A DNA stretch of 64,000 nt from Oscillospiraceae bacterium (GTDB lineage Bacteria; Bacillota; Clostridia; Oscillospirales; Oscillospiraceae), in assembly GCA_902784305.1 (NCBI GenBank), contig CACZUK010000002.1:505-64504 (forward strand). The letters run 5' to 3'. Positions 7,052 to 17,639 of the stretch are shown here, piece by piece. The notes beneath the pieces are model-generated. The model saw only the letters and a program-made list of their open reading frames with translations. It was not told the DNA's origin and ran no database searches. The translations under genes were made by a program, and so were the position numbers. Numbering within the stretch: position 1 is the stretch's first letter; the number at the start of each line of letters is the position of its first letter.

Positions 7052-10000
7052 ATGATTGTGCGAGGAAGAGAACCAGAGAAGCTGACAGGTGGGAGCGTGT
7101 CGGAGAAGGAACACGCCCAACTGCTGAAAAAATACGAACAGCTCCGGGAATTTTGCGAAAAGACCCACAGAAACGGTGTGATTTATACCCATATCGCGCT
7201 GGCACTGGCCCGGGGCATCACGGATTTGTACTATGTGAACATGGAGACGGACGCGCTCATTGAGTACCACACCGACGACGAGCTGGGGGTGCTCACCGAG
7301 GCGCGGCGGGGCACGGACTTCTTCGAGGGCTGTGAGCGGGACGCGAAGCGGTACGTGCACCCCGAGGACCAGGCGGCGTTCGTGCAGGCCATGGACCGCT
7401 CCTTCCTGACGCATGCGCTGGAGCGCTCCAAGGTGTATGAGCTGACCTACCGCAGAAAGCGGGATGGGGAGTTCTTCTATGTGAGGATGCGGGTCTCCCG
7501 GGTGGAGGACGACCGGCGCTACATCGTCATCGCGGTGTCGGACATCGACGAGCTGATGCGCAAGCGTCAGGCGGAGCAGCGGATGCTGGAGGAGCGGGCG
7601 ATTTATGCCCGTCTTCACGCCCTGACGGGGAACTATCTGTGCGTCTACGTGGTGGACCCGGAGACGGAGCGCTACCGCGAATTCAGCGCCACCGACAACT
7701 ATGAGCAGAGCTTCGCCCAGGCCAAGGAGGGCGAGGGCTTCTTCGAGAAGGTGCGCAGAGAGGCGCGCTTTTTCAACCATCCCCAGGACATCGAGCCCTT
7801 CCTCTCCGTCTTCACCCGGGAGAAGGTGCTCGCGGAGGTGAAGCGCAGCGGCCTCTTCACCCTGACCTACCGGGTGATGATGGACAACAGCTACATCCAT
7901 GTCATTTTGAAGGCGGCCATGGTGGAGGAGAAGGAGGGCCCGCGGCTGATTGTCGGCCTGATTGACATCGAGGCGGAGTATCAGCAGAAGGAGACGGAGA
8001 AGGAGATTGCGCGGCAGAGGGAGATTTTCAACCAAATCACCGCCAGCCTGGCCGAGCAGTACGACACGCTCTACTACATCGACATTGAGACCAGCACCTA
8101 CCGGGAAATCTCCTCCACAGACGCCTACAAGAAGCTGAACGTCCCGGCCACCGGCAACGACTTCTTTGCCGAGAGCCGCAGAAGCATCCGAAAGTATGTG
8201 CACCCGGAGGACCAGGAGAAGGCCGTGCGCCTGCATTATAAGCCCAGGACGGCAAGCACATCATCGTGTGCATCAAGAACATCGACGCGGAGATTCAGGC
8301 CAGGCTCGCCCTGGAGGAGAGCCAGAAGAAGAGCGTCACCTATACCCAGATTGCGGAGCGGCTGGCGGCCCATTTCGACCTGATTTACTACATCGACTGC
8401 GTGAACTCCCGTTACGCGGAGTTCTCCACCAAGAAGCGCTCGGGTGAGCTGAAAATCCAGGAGGAGGGCGAGAACTTCTTCACCACCGCCGAGGGCAACA
8501 TCGAGCGGCTGATTTTCGCGGAGGACCGGGATAGAATCCGGCTGTTCCTGAACCGGGACCACCTGATTACCCAGCTGGAGCGCCGGAGGCAGCTGAGCGA
8601 GGATTACCGCATGGTCGTTGAGGGCGGCAAGACCCAGTACACCCGCATGACTGTGACCTATTCCTCCGACAAGAGTCACTTTATCATCTGCGTGGAGAAC
8701 CGGGAGGAGGATGTGCGCCGGGAGCAGGAGCATCTGGCGGCGCTGGCCCTGGCCAACGAGACGGCCCGGCGGGATGAGCTGACGGGCACCAAGAACATGA
8801 CGGCCTTCCACGAGACGGAGCGGGAGCTGCAAAAGCTGATTGACGGGGGCCGGGAGCCCTTCGGCATCGTGGTCTGCGACATCAACGGCCTGAAAACGGT
8901 CAACGACACCGAGGGCCACAAGGCGGGGGACAGCTACATCCAGGCCTCCTGCCGGCTGATTTGCAGGATTTTCCAGCACAGCCCTGTGTTCCGCATCGGC
9001 GGAGACGAATTTGTGGTGATTCTGCGGGGCGACGACTTCCAAAACCGGACGCAGCTGATGGCCACGCTCAAGAGACAGGTGGAGGAGAACATCCGCATCG
9101 GGGAGGGCACCGTGGTGGCCTCCGGCCTGGCGGTCTGCCATCCGGAGTCGGACCGCTCCGTGGAGGATGTGTTCAACCGCGCCGACAGCAGGATGTACGA
9201 GGAAAAGACGCGCCTGAAGGAGCAGAAGCTGCTGCAGGAGAGTCACACCCTCAAGGAGAAGGCGGTGGTCCGGGTCATCACGGAGGAGCGGCGCATCATG
9301 CTCGACTCGCTGTTTCGCTCCTTTGAGGTGGTGTCAGAGGGCACCTACGTCTTCCTCTGCGATATGAAATACGACTGCTCCCGCTGGTCGAAGAACGCGG
9401 TGGACAGCTTCGGCCTGCCCTCCGAGTACATGTACGGGGCGGGGGATATATGGGAGAACCGCATCCATCCGGAGGACCGCGCCGCCTATCACAAGGGCAT
9501 TGATGAGATTTTCTCCGGAAACGCCGCGGGCCACGACATGCAGTACCGGGTCCAGCGCATCACGGGGGAGTATGAGGTGTGCACCTGCCGGGGCGTGGTG
9601 ATTCGGGACCCCTCCGGCGAGCCGGACTACTTCGCCGGAACCATCCGCAACCACGGCCTTCAGGGCCACATCGACACGCTGACCGGCCTGAGAAACCAGT
9701 ACGGCTTCTTCGAGGACCTGGACGGGTGGATCAAGCGCAGCGCGGCCATCAGCGTGGTTCTGTTCAGCATCCGAAGATTCTCCGAAATCAATGAAATCTA
9801 CGGCTATCACTTCGGGAACCGGGTGCTCCAGACCTACGCCCGAAAGGTGTTTGAAACCACGGGAAACCGGGGTCATACCTATCGAATCGACGGGACAAAG
9901 TTCGCGGTCATCAGCAGCACGCTCACCATCCCCGAGCTGCGCGAGAGCTACGACCGCTTCCGCGCGTCCCTGCGCGAGAGCTTCCAGGTGGACGGCAGAA

Positions 10001-10935
10001 AGCTGCTGCTGGACCTGAACTGCGGCGCGCTGCGGGTGGACCATTTCGACGTGGACTCCCAGACGGTCTACGCGTGCCTGAACTTTGCCAACGAGGAGTC
10101 CAAGCTGCGCCGGCAGGGCGAGCTGGTGGAGTTCCAGAACGATGTGAACGAGGAGAACCACCAGAGGCTGGAGAAGCTGCACGCCATCCGCGCCTCCATC
10201 ATGCACGGCAACCAGGGCTTCTATCTGCTCTTCCAGCCGGTTGTGGACGCGAAAACCCAGCGGCTCCTGGGCGCTGAGGCACTTTTGCGCTGGAAAAATG
10301 AGCACTACGGCGTGGTTCCGCCGGACCAGTTCATTCCGCTGCTGGAGCTGGACCCGCTCTTCCCGGATTTGGGGGAGTGGATTCTCCGGGAATCCATCCT
10401 GGCGGCCAAGCAGATACGCGCGCGGCATCCCGGCTTTGTGGTCAATGTCAACCTGTCCTACTCCCAGCTGGAAAAGCCGGATTTTGTGGACAAGGTGCTG
10501 AGTATTCTAAAGGAGCTGGACTACCCGCCGGAGCATCTCTGCGTGGAGGTGACGGAGCGGTGCAGACTGCTGGATTTGGAGCTGCTGAAGAACGTGTTTT
10601 GCAGCCTGAAATCCCGGGGCGTGCTGGTGGCGATGGACGACTTTGGAACCGGTTTCTCCACCGTGGGTGTTTTGAAGGAGATTCCGGTGGACACCATCAA
10701 GGTGGACCGCAGCTTCGTGCGCAGCATCGAGAGCAGCGAGACGGAGCGGATGATCATCCAGACCATTGTGGACCTGGCCTCCACCTTTGGGGCGAAGGTC
10801 TGCGTGGAGGGCATCGAAACGGCGGGCATGCGGGACATCCTCCGGGACTACCATGTGGGGAGCTTCCAGGGCTACTTCTTTGCCAGACCGCTGCCGCTGG
10901 AGGAGCTTGTGCGCTGGGCGGACGCGCGCGAATGA
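7052..10935 (+). pseudogene. frameshifted multidomain c-di-GMP protein: four PAS-like modules, GGDEF, PAS, degenerate GGDEF, EAL
   Basis: Two track ORFs (6788..8383 and 8266..10935) are one gene. The repeat module ends ...YVHPEDQEKAVRLHYKP in frame 2 and continues (A)QDGKHIIVCIKNIDAE in frame 1. One extra C in the CCC run at 8243-8245 would fuse them. Frame-2 sequence after 8245 is Arg/Ser/Thr-rich junk. Motifs present: RIGGDEF, degenerate DGTKF, EALLRW, EVTER, DDFGTGFS. GGAGG at 7044-7048 precedes ATG 7052 / GTG 7058. Confidence 0.8.
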
Positions 10936-11047
10936 GCGCGGAGCGTTGAACCTTCCCGGAGCGCGTTGCCTGTCCGACCGCAAGCTGGGACGCTCCCAAA
11001 GCGGGAGGCACGCCGCGCGGACCCGTTTGAATGAAAAACAACAAAAA

Positions 11048-11088
11048 AGCTCTGTGCAGCCGGTTTTCTCCGCCGCACAGAGCTTTTT
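11048..11088 (+). terminator. intrinsic terminator
   Basis: Stem agctctgtgc/gcacagagct followed by ttttt. Confidence 0.7.
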
Positions 11089-11263
11089 CCTCAATTTATG
11101 CAGATTTTCGGGGCCTTCACCAGTTTGAGGATGTCCACAGGTCTGACTGGCGTCCCTTCCTTCTGCGTTTCCGGCGGTGAGCGCCAAAACGCGCCCGCTG
11201 CGTCCTCTCCGAGGGGGCGGTGCCCCGTTTGCCGGGAAAAATAAACGGTTTCGAAATTTGTGG

Positions 11264-11292
11264 TTGCAAACCCCGTCTATTTTCTATATACT
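11264..11292 (+). promoter_or_regulatory. sigma-70-type promoter (TTGCAA-N17-TATACT)
   Basis: Hexamers at 11264-11269 and 11287-11292 with 17-nt spacing, about 40 nt upstream of the ATG at 11331. Confidence 0.55.
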
Positions 11293-11330
11293 GGAACTGA
11301 ATACAAGTACTTGTCCGCGGAGGTACTGTC

Positions 11331-13052
11331 ATGACCAGCACAAATCCCTCTTACTCCCGCAAAAAACGTCTGATTCTCGTGGTGGAGGACAACGAGCTCA
11401 ACCGCGAGCTGCTCTGCGACCTGTTCGAAGAGGATTACAGGCTGATGGAAGCGGAAAACGGCCAAATCGGTCTGAATCTGATGCGGGAACACAGCCGGGA
11501 GCTGTCTCTTGTGCTCCTGGATGTATACATGCCGGTGTGCGACGGCTTCGAGTTTCTACGGCTCAGGCAGCAGGACCCGGTGCTGGAGCAGATTCCGGTC
11601 ATCGTCACCACGGCCAGCAACACCATGGAGGACGAGATTTACGCGCTGGAGCTGGGTGCCAACGACTTTGTGACCAAGCCCTACAACTACGAGGTGGTCA
11701 AAAACCGCATCAACAACCTGATTCGGCTCCGGGAGACGGCCTCCATCCTGAACCAGCTGGAGCGCGACACCACCACGCGGCTGTTCAGCAAGGAGTTCTT
11801 CGCCCGCTATGTCCGCTCCACGCTCCAGAGCAACCCGGACCAGCGCTACGACATGATTTGCAGCGACATCGAGAGCTTCAAGACGATGAACGACCGCTAC
11901 GGCCGCAGAACCTGCGACCAATATCTGCGGCAGCTGGCCCGGGCGCTGAGCGCGGCGATTCCGGGCATGGTGCTCTCAGGCCGCATCGGCGGGGATGTCT
12001 TCGCTTTTCTGGTCCGGCACCGGCAGAACAGATGGGCGAAGATTCTGACGCCCAGCCTCCACAGCGGCATCGCGTCCAATATGGTGGTGAAATACGGCGT
12101 GGTGTCCAACATCGACCCGGCCATGGAGGTGTCAACCATCTGCGACCGGGCGACCCTGGCGCTCAAGGGCATCAAGGGGCGTTACGGGGTCTATGTGGCC
12201 ACCTATGACGACGTGCTGGGCGATCAGCAGAAGAAGGAGCACATCATCGTGGAGAGCATGGAGCGCGCCCTGGAGGAGGGGCAGTTCCAGGTCTACTTCC
12301 AGCCCAAGCACGACCTGCGCATGGGCGTCACCGGCGGCGCGGAGGCGCTGGTGCGCTGGAACCATCCCGAGCTGGGCTTTGTGAGTCCAGGCGTCTTCAT
12401 TCCAATTTTTGAGCGCAACGGCTTCATCCCCCGGCTGGACTTCTACGTCTGGGAGCAAGTGTGCAAGCAGCTTCAGCGCAGCCGGGAGCTGAATCTGCCC
12501 GTGGTTCCCATCTCTGTGAACGTCTCCCGGCTGGACTTTGACATCCCGGACCTGGCCGAACGGATTACGGCCATGGCGGACCGCAACGGGGTGGACCATC
12601 GGCTGCTCCACATCGAGCTGACGGAATCGGCCTACGCGGAGAATCCCCGGCAGATTTCCGCCACCATGGAGCGTCTGAACGCCGCGGGCTTCCTCCTGGA
12701 GCTGGACGACTTCGGCTCGGGCTATTCCTCCCTCAGCGTCCTGGGCAGTCTGCCTCTGTCCGTCATCAAGCTGGATATGAGCCTCATCCGGCAGGCCGCC
12801 AGCACGGAGAACTACAACGTGCTCCGCTTTGCCATCCAGCTGGCCGACGGCATGCGGCTGAAGACGGTGGCCGAGGGCGTGGAGACCGCCGACCAGGTGG
12901 CTGCCCTTCAGGTGCTGGGCTGCGACTACATTCAGGGGTATTATTATTCCCGCCCGCTGCCCCAGGAGGAGTTTGAGTGCTATCTGCTGGAGGAGCGGGA
13001 GCGCTGGCGGACGCAGAGTAAAAATAGCCCGCGCAGGCTCAAATCTTCCTGA
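11331..13052 (+). CDS. response-regulator receiver, degenerate GGDEF, EAL phosphodiesterase
   Basis: REC signature LVVEDN...LLDVYMP...TKP. GGDEF position reads GGDVF. EAL set is intact (EALVRW, ELTES, DDFGSGYSS, KLD, EGVE, QGYY). GGAGG RBS. Confidence 0.9.
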   Translation: MTSTNPSYSRKKRLILVVEDNELNRELLCDLFEEDYRLMEAENGQIGLNLMREHSRELSLVLLDVYMPVCDGFEFLRLRQQDPVLEQIPVIVTTASNTMEDEIYALELGANDFVTKPYNYEVVKNRINNLIRLRETASILNQLERDTTTRLFSKEFFARYVRSTLQSNPDQRYDMICSDIESFKTMNDRYGRRTCDQYLRQLARALSAAIPGMVLSGRIGGDVFAFLVRHRQNRWAKILTPSLHSGIASNMVVKYGVVSNIDPAMEVSTICDRATLALKGIKGRYGVYVATYDDVLGDQQKKEHIIVESMERALEEGQFQVYFQPKHDLRMGVTGGAEALVRWNHPELGFVSPGVFIPIFERNGFIPRLDFYVWEQVCKQLQRSRELNLPVVPISVNVSRLDFDIPDLAERITAMADRNGVDHRLLHIELTESAYAENPRQISATMERLNAAGFLLELDDFGSGYSSLSVLGSLPLSVIKLDMSLIRQAASTENYNVLRFAIQLADGMRLKTVAEGVETADQVAALQVLGCDYIQGYYYSRPLPQEEFECYLLEERERWRTQSKNSPRRLKSS

Positions 13053-13608
13053 CCAGATACCCCAGGAGGATGTCGAGGGCAAACAACGCAAAGGGCACGG
13101 CGCACAGCCCGGTATAGGCCCAATCGGGGAGGGTTTTTGCCAGAAAACCAAGCAACGGAATCAGGGTGTAAAACAGGCCCGTTCCCCCGGCCGCGAACAC
13201 GAGGACGGAGCGGAGACAGATAAAGCCGTGGAGGTTTCCCCAGTTCCAGATTTCCACGTTGTAGTCCCAGGGGCGCCAGTGAAAGAAGCGCAGGAGCGCC
13301 CAGCCGGAGACATATTCAAACGCGCCGCTGATGAGTCCGCACAGCAGAAACACGAGCCAGGGGGTGTCCCTGACGGGCGCGGCGGCGAAGAGCAGAAGAA
13401 CCACTCCAAAGGCGTAAATGGGCAGCCACGGCCCCTTTCCCTGTCCGCGTCGAGAGAAATATCCGTCGTTGACGCGGTAAAAAAGCTCCTCATAAATCCA
13501 GCCGACGATGCCTGCGACCACAAAAATCAATCCGACGGCCAGCACTGTCTGGGCCGTGGTAAGCAGAAGCCCCCGGAAGGGGTTCCAAATGGAGCCATCT
13601 ATTCTCAT
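13039..13608 (-). CDS. polytopic membrane protein (PF06541-like, putative ABC-transporter type IV family)
   Basis: Multiple hydrophobic segments and a GPWLPIYAFG motif. AGGAGG RBS. The 3' end overlaps the convergent gene by 14 nt. Confidence 0.6.
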   Translation of the reverse strand: MRIDGSIWNPFRGLLLTTAQTVLAVGLIFVVAGIVGWIYEELFYRVNDGYFSRRGQGKGPWLPIYAFGVVLLLFAAAPVRDTPWLVFLLCGLISGAFEYVSGWALLRFFHWRPWDYNVEIWNWGNLHGFICLRSVLVFAAGGTGLFYTLIPLLGFLAKTLPDWAYTGLCAVPFALFALDILLGYLVRKI

Positions 13609-13810
13609 ATTTTGCCTCCTGAAGTGAATGGAACGCAGTACGGTTTATCGCGCTCAATGGGTTTTTGATACGTGAAAACGGGCCGGTTTTTATTAGCTTT
13701 TTGGGAAATAGATATATGACAACCAGGCTGGTTTTTATCTGCCTTTTGGGAAAAACGTGGCTGACCACGTCGCCGTTCCCGCAGAAGCGAAGCTGCGAAC
13801 TACCGGGAAT

Positions 13811-13866
13811 AACAGCAGAAACAATCAACCAAAACAGCAGAAACAATCAACCAAAACAGCGGAAAC
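13811..13866. repeat. 22-bp tandem repeat, about 2.5 copies
   Basis: aacagcagaaacaatcaaccaa occurs twice in exact tandem and is followed by a partial copy aacagcggaaac. Confidence 0.8.
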
Positions 13867-13911
13867 GCTCCGCGCAAAAAAAGCAGCGCGGACAGCCGGA
13901 GGCACAGCACT

Positions 13912-14463
13912 ATGGAGCGCATCAGCATCAATGACACGCTGCGCGTGTGCGAAAAGGACTATCGGATTCTCAGACTGCTCGGCCACGGCAAGGGCGGCTA
14001 CTCCTACCTGGCCGAAGGAGACGGAAAACCGGTGGTTTTAAAGCAGATTCACCACGAGCCGTGCAGCTACTACACCTTTGGAAACAAAATCGAGGCGGAG
14101 CAGAGGGATTACCAGCGGCTGTGCTTTGCAGGCATCAGAATTCCGAAAATGCTCGCGATAGACGTCCGGCGTGAACGAATCGTCAAGGAATACATCAGCG
14201 GCAGAACGGTTTTCGAGGAGGTTCGGGATGGAAATTCCGTGGAGCCGTACTTGACACAGGTGCGGGAAATGGCGGCTCAGGCCCGTAAAGCGGGGCTGAA
14301 CATCGACTACTTTCCCACCAATTTTGTGATTCAGGACGGGTTAATCTGGTACGTGGACTACGAGTGCAACGACTACATGGAGGAGTGGAGCTTCGAGCGC
14401 TGGGGCGTCAAATACTGGTCCTGCACTCCCGAGTTTGAGGAATATCTGAGGCAGCAGAAATAA
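13912..14463 (+). CDS. small protein-kinase-fold protein (RIO/Kdo-like atypical kinase)
   Basis: Gly-rich loop LGHGKGGYSY, VLKQ lysine, NFVIQDG...VDYE catalytic/metal-binding-like motifs. Only 183 aa. Confidence 0.6.
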   Translation: MERISINDTLRVCEKDYRILRLLGHGKGGYSYLAEGDGKPVVLKQIHHEPCSYYTFGNKIEAEQRDYQRLCFAGIRIPKMLAIDVRRERIVKEYISGRTVFEEVRDGNSVEPYLTQVREMAAQARKAGLNIDYFPTNFVIQDGLIWYVDYECNDYMEEWSFERWGVKYWSCTPEFEEYLRQQK

Positions 14464-14644
14464 CGACTCTCCGCGAAAAACGGGGGAGCGATAGTCCGAC
14501 AGACGCAATCAAAAACAAAAGCTGTACTGCTCCGCGAAGGCCATTGTTTGGCCACCGCGGAGCAGTTTTTTGATACAGTTTCAGAGGATGTATGCGCTTG
14601 AAAACCAGCCTCAGAGAGCCGTTTTTTCCCGTATCTTGAAGCTC

Positions 14645-15583
14645 TCAGAGGTTCAAAAAACGCTTCATTTCCGGCAGCGCGGAAATGGCCTCTCTGCGGC
14701 CCATCTGGTAGACGCGCTCCAGCTCCTCCGGGTCGTTTTCCGTTCTGCTGATGCCCAGCGGCTCCGGCGGCCGGATGACAAAGGTGCTTCCGCTGCGCTC
14801 CCGTTCTTTGATTTCCGCCATCTGCCGGTTGTACATTTCGTGCCGGACTGCCATTGCCTCCGCGATGGCCGGATAACGGCGGAGCATCAGCTTGATAAGC
14901 GGCAAAGCCCGGATTTTTTTCTTGGTATAGCTCGCCGGCTGCGTCAGGATGATGACGTTCCGGGAATACCCGATGTGCTCCATGTATTGATAGGGAACGG
15001 CGTCAGAAATCCCGCCGTCCAGCATCGTATAGCCGCCCACACAGACCGGCCTGGAGACCAGCGGCATGGAGGCCGAGGCCTGCATCCATTTGATGTCCTC
15101 CTCGCCGCCGTCGGTGCACTGGTGAAAGATACATGTTCCAGTTTTCACGTCCGTTGCGCCGACGTAAAACTTGACGGAATTCTCGCGAAACGCTTTGCGG
15201 TCAAAGGGGTCCAGCTCGTCGGGCAGCACCCGATAACAAAAATCCGCACCGTACAAATCCCCGGTTTTGAGCAGGGAGCGAAGGCTGCAATACCTGGGGT
15301 CGCTGCAATATTTTTTGTTGTACCGGATGGCCCGGCCCATCTGCTTCGACTTATAGTTGCAGCCGAAAACCGCGCCCGCGGAAATGCCAGCAGCTCCGTC
15401 AAAACGGATGTCGTTCTCCAGAAAAACATCCAGAACGCCGCAGGTAAACATGCCGCGCATGGCGCCGCCCTCCAGAACCAATCCGGCTTTTTCAGCAGGA
15501 ACAGCCTGTCGTTTTTTGCTTTTATTGGTGTCCAAATCAACAACCTCCGATTCTGCGAAGAAGAACGCCCGACGCGCTCCCAA
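14645..15583 (-). CDS. patatin-like phospholipase
   Basis: Oxyanion GGAMRG, nucleophile GISAG and catalytic DGG motifs. The real start may be the in-frame TTG at 15535, 8 nt after a GGAGG. Confidence 0.85.
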   Translation of the reverse strand: MGARRAFFFAESEVVDLDTNKSKKRQAVPAEKAGLVLEGGAMRGMFTCGVLDVFLENDIRFDGAAGISAGAVFGCNYKSKQMGRAIRYNKKYCSDPRYCSLRSLLKTGDLYGADFCYRVLPDELDPFDRKAFRENSVKFYVGATDVKTGTCIFHQCTDGGEEDIKWMQASASMPLVSRPVCVGGYTMLDGGISDAVPYQYMEHIGYSRNVIILTQPASYTKKKIRALPLIKLMLRRYPAIAEAMAVRHEMYNRQMAEIKERERSGSTFVIRPPEPLGISRTENDPEELERVYQMGRREAISALPEMKRFLNL

Positions 15584-15741
15584 CGGGCCGCGGAAACGAA
15601 AAGCAGGGGAGCGCTGTGAAAGTTTTTCTATAAAGTAAACGCGACTGGCGTCTGGAAGTCAACCATGATTTCCTCATATTTTTCACAAAGATAGCCCCCC
15701 AAAAGCGGAACAAAAAATACACCCTGAAACCGGCGCTCAAT

Positions 15742-15799
15742 CGGAAAAGAACCCTCTCCGGAGCCGGAAAAAAGAGCGTTTTCCGGCCAGAGAGGGAGG
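15742..15799 (-). terminator. intrinsic terminator after queF
   Basis: Long hairpin ccctctc..gccggaaaa/ttttccggc..gagaggg, followed on the minus strand by ttcttttcc. Confidence 0.6.
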
Positions 15800-15866
15800 C
15801 TGCCTGTTCGGGGGATTCTGTGGGAATCGTTCCGCTGAAAGACTGTGTTTTGGCAAGCGGAAGCGC

Positions 15867-16349
15867 TCAGCGGTTATCCACCTTTTCGGGGTAGAGGTCG
15901 TGGTTGGACAGGCGCTGCCAGGCCACCTCCTGCCAGCGGGTGCCGGGGCGCCCATAGTTGCAGTAGGGGTCGATGGAGATGCCGCCCCGGGGGGTAAACT
16001 TGCCCCAGACCTCGATATATTTGGGCTTCATCAGCTTGATGAGGTCCTTCATAATCACGTTGACCACATCCTCGTGGAAATCGCCGTGATTGCGGAAGGA
16101 GAACAGGTAGAGCTTCAAACTTTTGCTCTCCACCATGCGCTCTCCGGGGACGTAGGAAATGGTGATGGACGCAAAGTCCGGCTGTCCCGTGATGGGGCAC
16201 AGGCTGGTGAACTCCGGGCAGTTGAATTTGACAAAGTAGTCGTTGTCCGGGTGCTTATTCTGGAAGGTTTCCAGCACCTCGGGGGCGTAGTCGCTCTTGT
16301 AGACCGTGCCCTGGCTACCCAGCAGGGTCAGGTTCTCTTTCTCTCGCAT
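15867..16349 (-). CDS. queF: NADPH-dependent 7-cyano-7-deazaguanine reductase
   Basis: [16 protein letters not shown] and ESKSLKLYL QueF motifs. ATG at 16349 (MREKEN) lies just downstream of the queC stop, so the track extension was trimmed. Confidence 0.92.
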   Translation of the reverse strand: MREKENLTLLGSQGTVYKSDYAPEVLETFQNKHPDNDYFVKFNCPEFTSLCPITGQPDFASITISYVPGERMVESKSLKLYLFSFRNHGDFHEDVVNVIMKDLIKLMKPKYIEVWGKFTPRGGISIDPYCNYGRPGTRWQEVAWQRLSNHDLYPEKVDNR

Positions 16350-16368
16350 TTTGTGCTCCTTTCGTGGT

Positions 16369-17049
16369 TCACAGGGCCGGGTCGGCCACGCCGTTGGCGG
16401 CAAAGGCGGCGGCACGGTCGATGCAGGTGCCGCACGTTCCGCAGGGTGTCTCGCCGCCCTCGTAGCAGCTCCAGGTCAGATGGTAGGGCGCGCCCAGCTC
16501 CAGGCCGGTTTTCACCACCTGGGCCTTGTTGCTGCGCAGGAAGGGGGCCTCAATGCGCAGCTGGCGGCCGGAGCCCTCCCAGACAGCGGTGTTCATGGCC
16601 TCGTGGAAGGCGGGGGAGCAATCGGGATAGGCGGCACCCGCGGCGTCGTCGGCGTGAGCGCCGTAATAGAGCACGCCGCAGTCCAGGGACAGGGCGATGC
16701 TGGCGGCGGTGGAGAGGAACAGCCCGTTGCGGAAGGGCACATAGGTGCTCACCGGCGCGGAATCGTCCCGCTGTTCCAGCTGCTGGGCATAGCTCTCCCG
16801 GGGGATGTCCTGGTTGGACTGCTTGAGCAGGGAGCAGTCGCTGTACTGGAACACGGCGCTCAAATCCATCTCCAGCTGCCGCACGCCGTAGAAGCGCGCC
16901 ACGGCCCGGGCGGCGGCAAGCTCCTTGTCGTGCTTCTGCCCGTAGGAGACGGACAGAGCGATGACGTTTTCAGCGCCGTATTTGGAAACGGCCAGAGCCA
17001 GAGCGGTAGTGGAGTCCACGCCGCCGCTGGAAAGAACCAGTGCTTTCAT
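16369..17049 (-). CDS. queC: 7-cyano-7-deazaguanine synthase
   Basis: PP-loop LSSGGVDST and C-terminal Zn-Cys cluster [12 protein letters not shown]. Confidence 0.95.
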   Translation of the reverse strand: MKALVLSSGGVDSTTALALAVSKYGAENVIALSVSYGQKHDKELAAARAVARFYGVRQLEMDLSAVFQYSDCSLLKQSNQDIPRESYAQQLEQRDDSAPVSTYVPFRNGLFLSTAASIALSLDCGVLYYGAHADDAAGAAYPDCSPAFHEAMNTAVWEGSGRQLRIEAPFLRSNKAQVVKTGLELGAPYHLTWSCYEGGETPCGTCGTCIDRAAAFAANGVADPAL

Positions 17050-17060
17050 CTGTGTTCCTC

Positions 17061-17639
17061 CTATCTCAGATACATCTGAAGACTGGCGTCTTCTTGAAAC
17101 TTCCCCCGCAGCTCCACGCTCAGGGTCTTGCTGCCCGGCTTTTTGATGCCCCGGGCGGTCATGCAGCTGTGGCAGCCCTCCAGCAGCACCGCCACGTCCT
17201 CGCTGCCGGTGACCTCGGTGAGGATGTCCGCGATGTCCCGGCCGATGCGCTCCTGCAATTGCAGACGGCGGCCCACCATGTCGCAGATGCGGGCGATTTT
17301 GGACAGTCCAATCACCTTTCCCCTGGGAATGTAGGCCACCGTGGCCTTCATATCGTACATCAGGGCCATGTGGTGCTCGCAGTAGGAGAACAAATCAATG
17401 TCCTTGAGCACCACCATGCCCTTGCTGCCGTTGGCCTCGAAGCCCTCCTCGAAGGTCTTGTTGAACATCTGAGCAATCTCGTGGTTGGTGTAGTTCATGC
17501 CCGCAAAGACTTCCTCGTACATCTTTGCCACCCGCTCCGGGGTCTCCCGCAGGCCCTCCCGGTCGGGGTCGTCGCCCAGGGCCACCAGGATGCCGCGGAT
17601 GTGCTCTTCAATGGCTTTGGTATCAATCATCTCATACAC
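17061..17639 (-). CDS. folE: GTP cyclohydrolase I
   Basis: [22 protein letters not shown] and GLSKIAR motifs. Confidence 0.95.
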   Translation of the reverse strand: MYEMIDTKAIEEHIRGILVALGDDPDREGLRETPERVAKMYEEVFAGMNYTNHEIAQMFNKTFEEGFEANGSKGMVVLKDIDLFSYCEHHMALMYDMKATVAYIPRGKVIGLSKIARICDMVGRRLQLQERIGRDIADILTEVTGSEDVAVLLEGCHSCMTARGIKKPGSKTLSVELRGKFQEDASLQMYLR

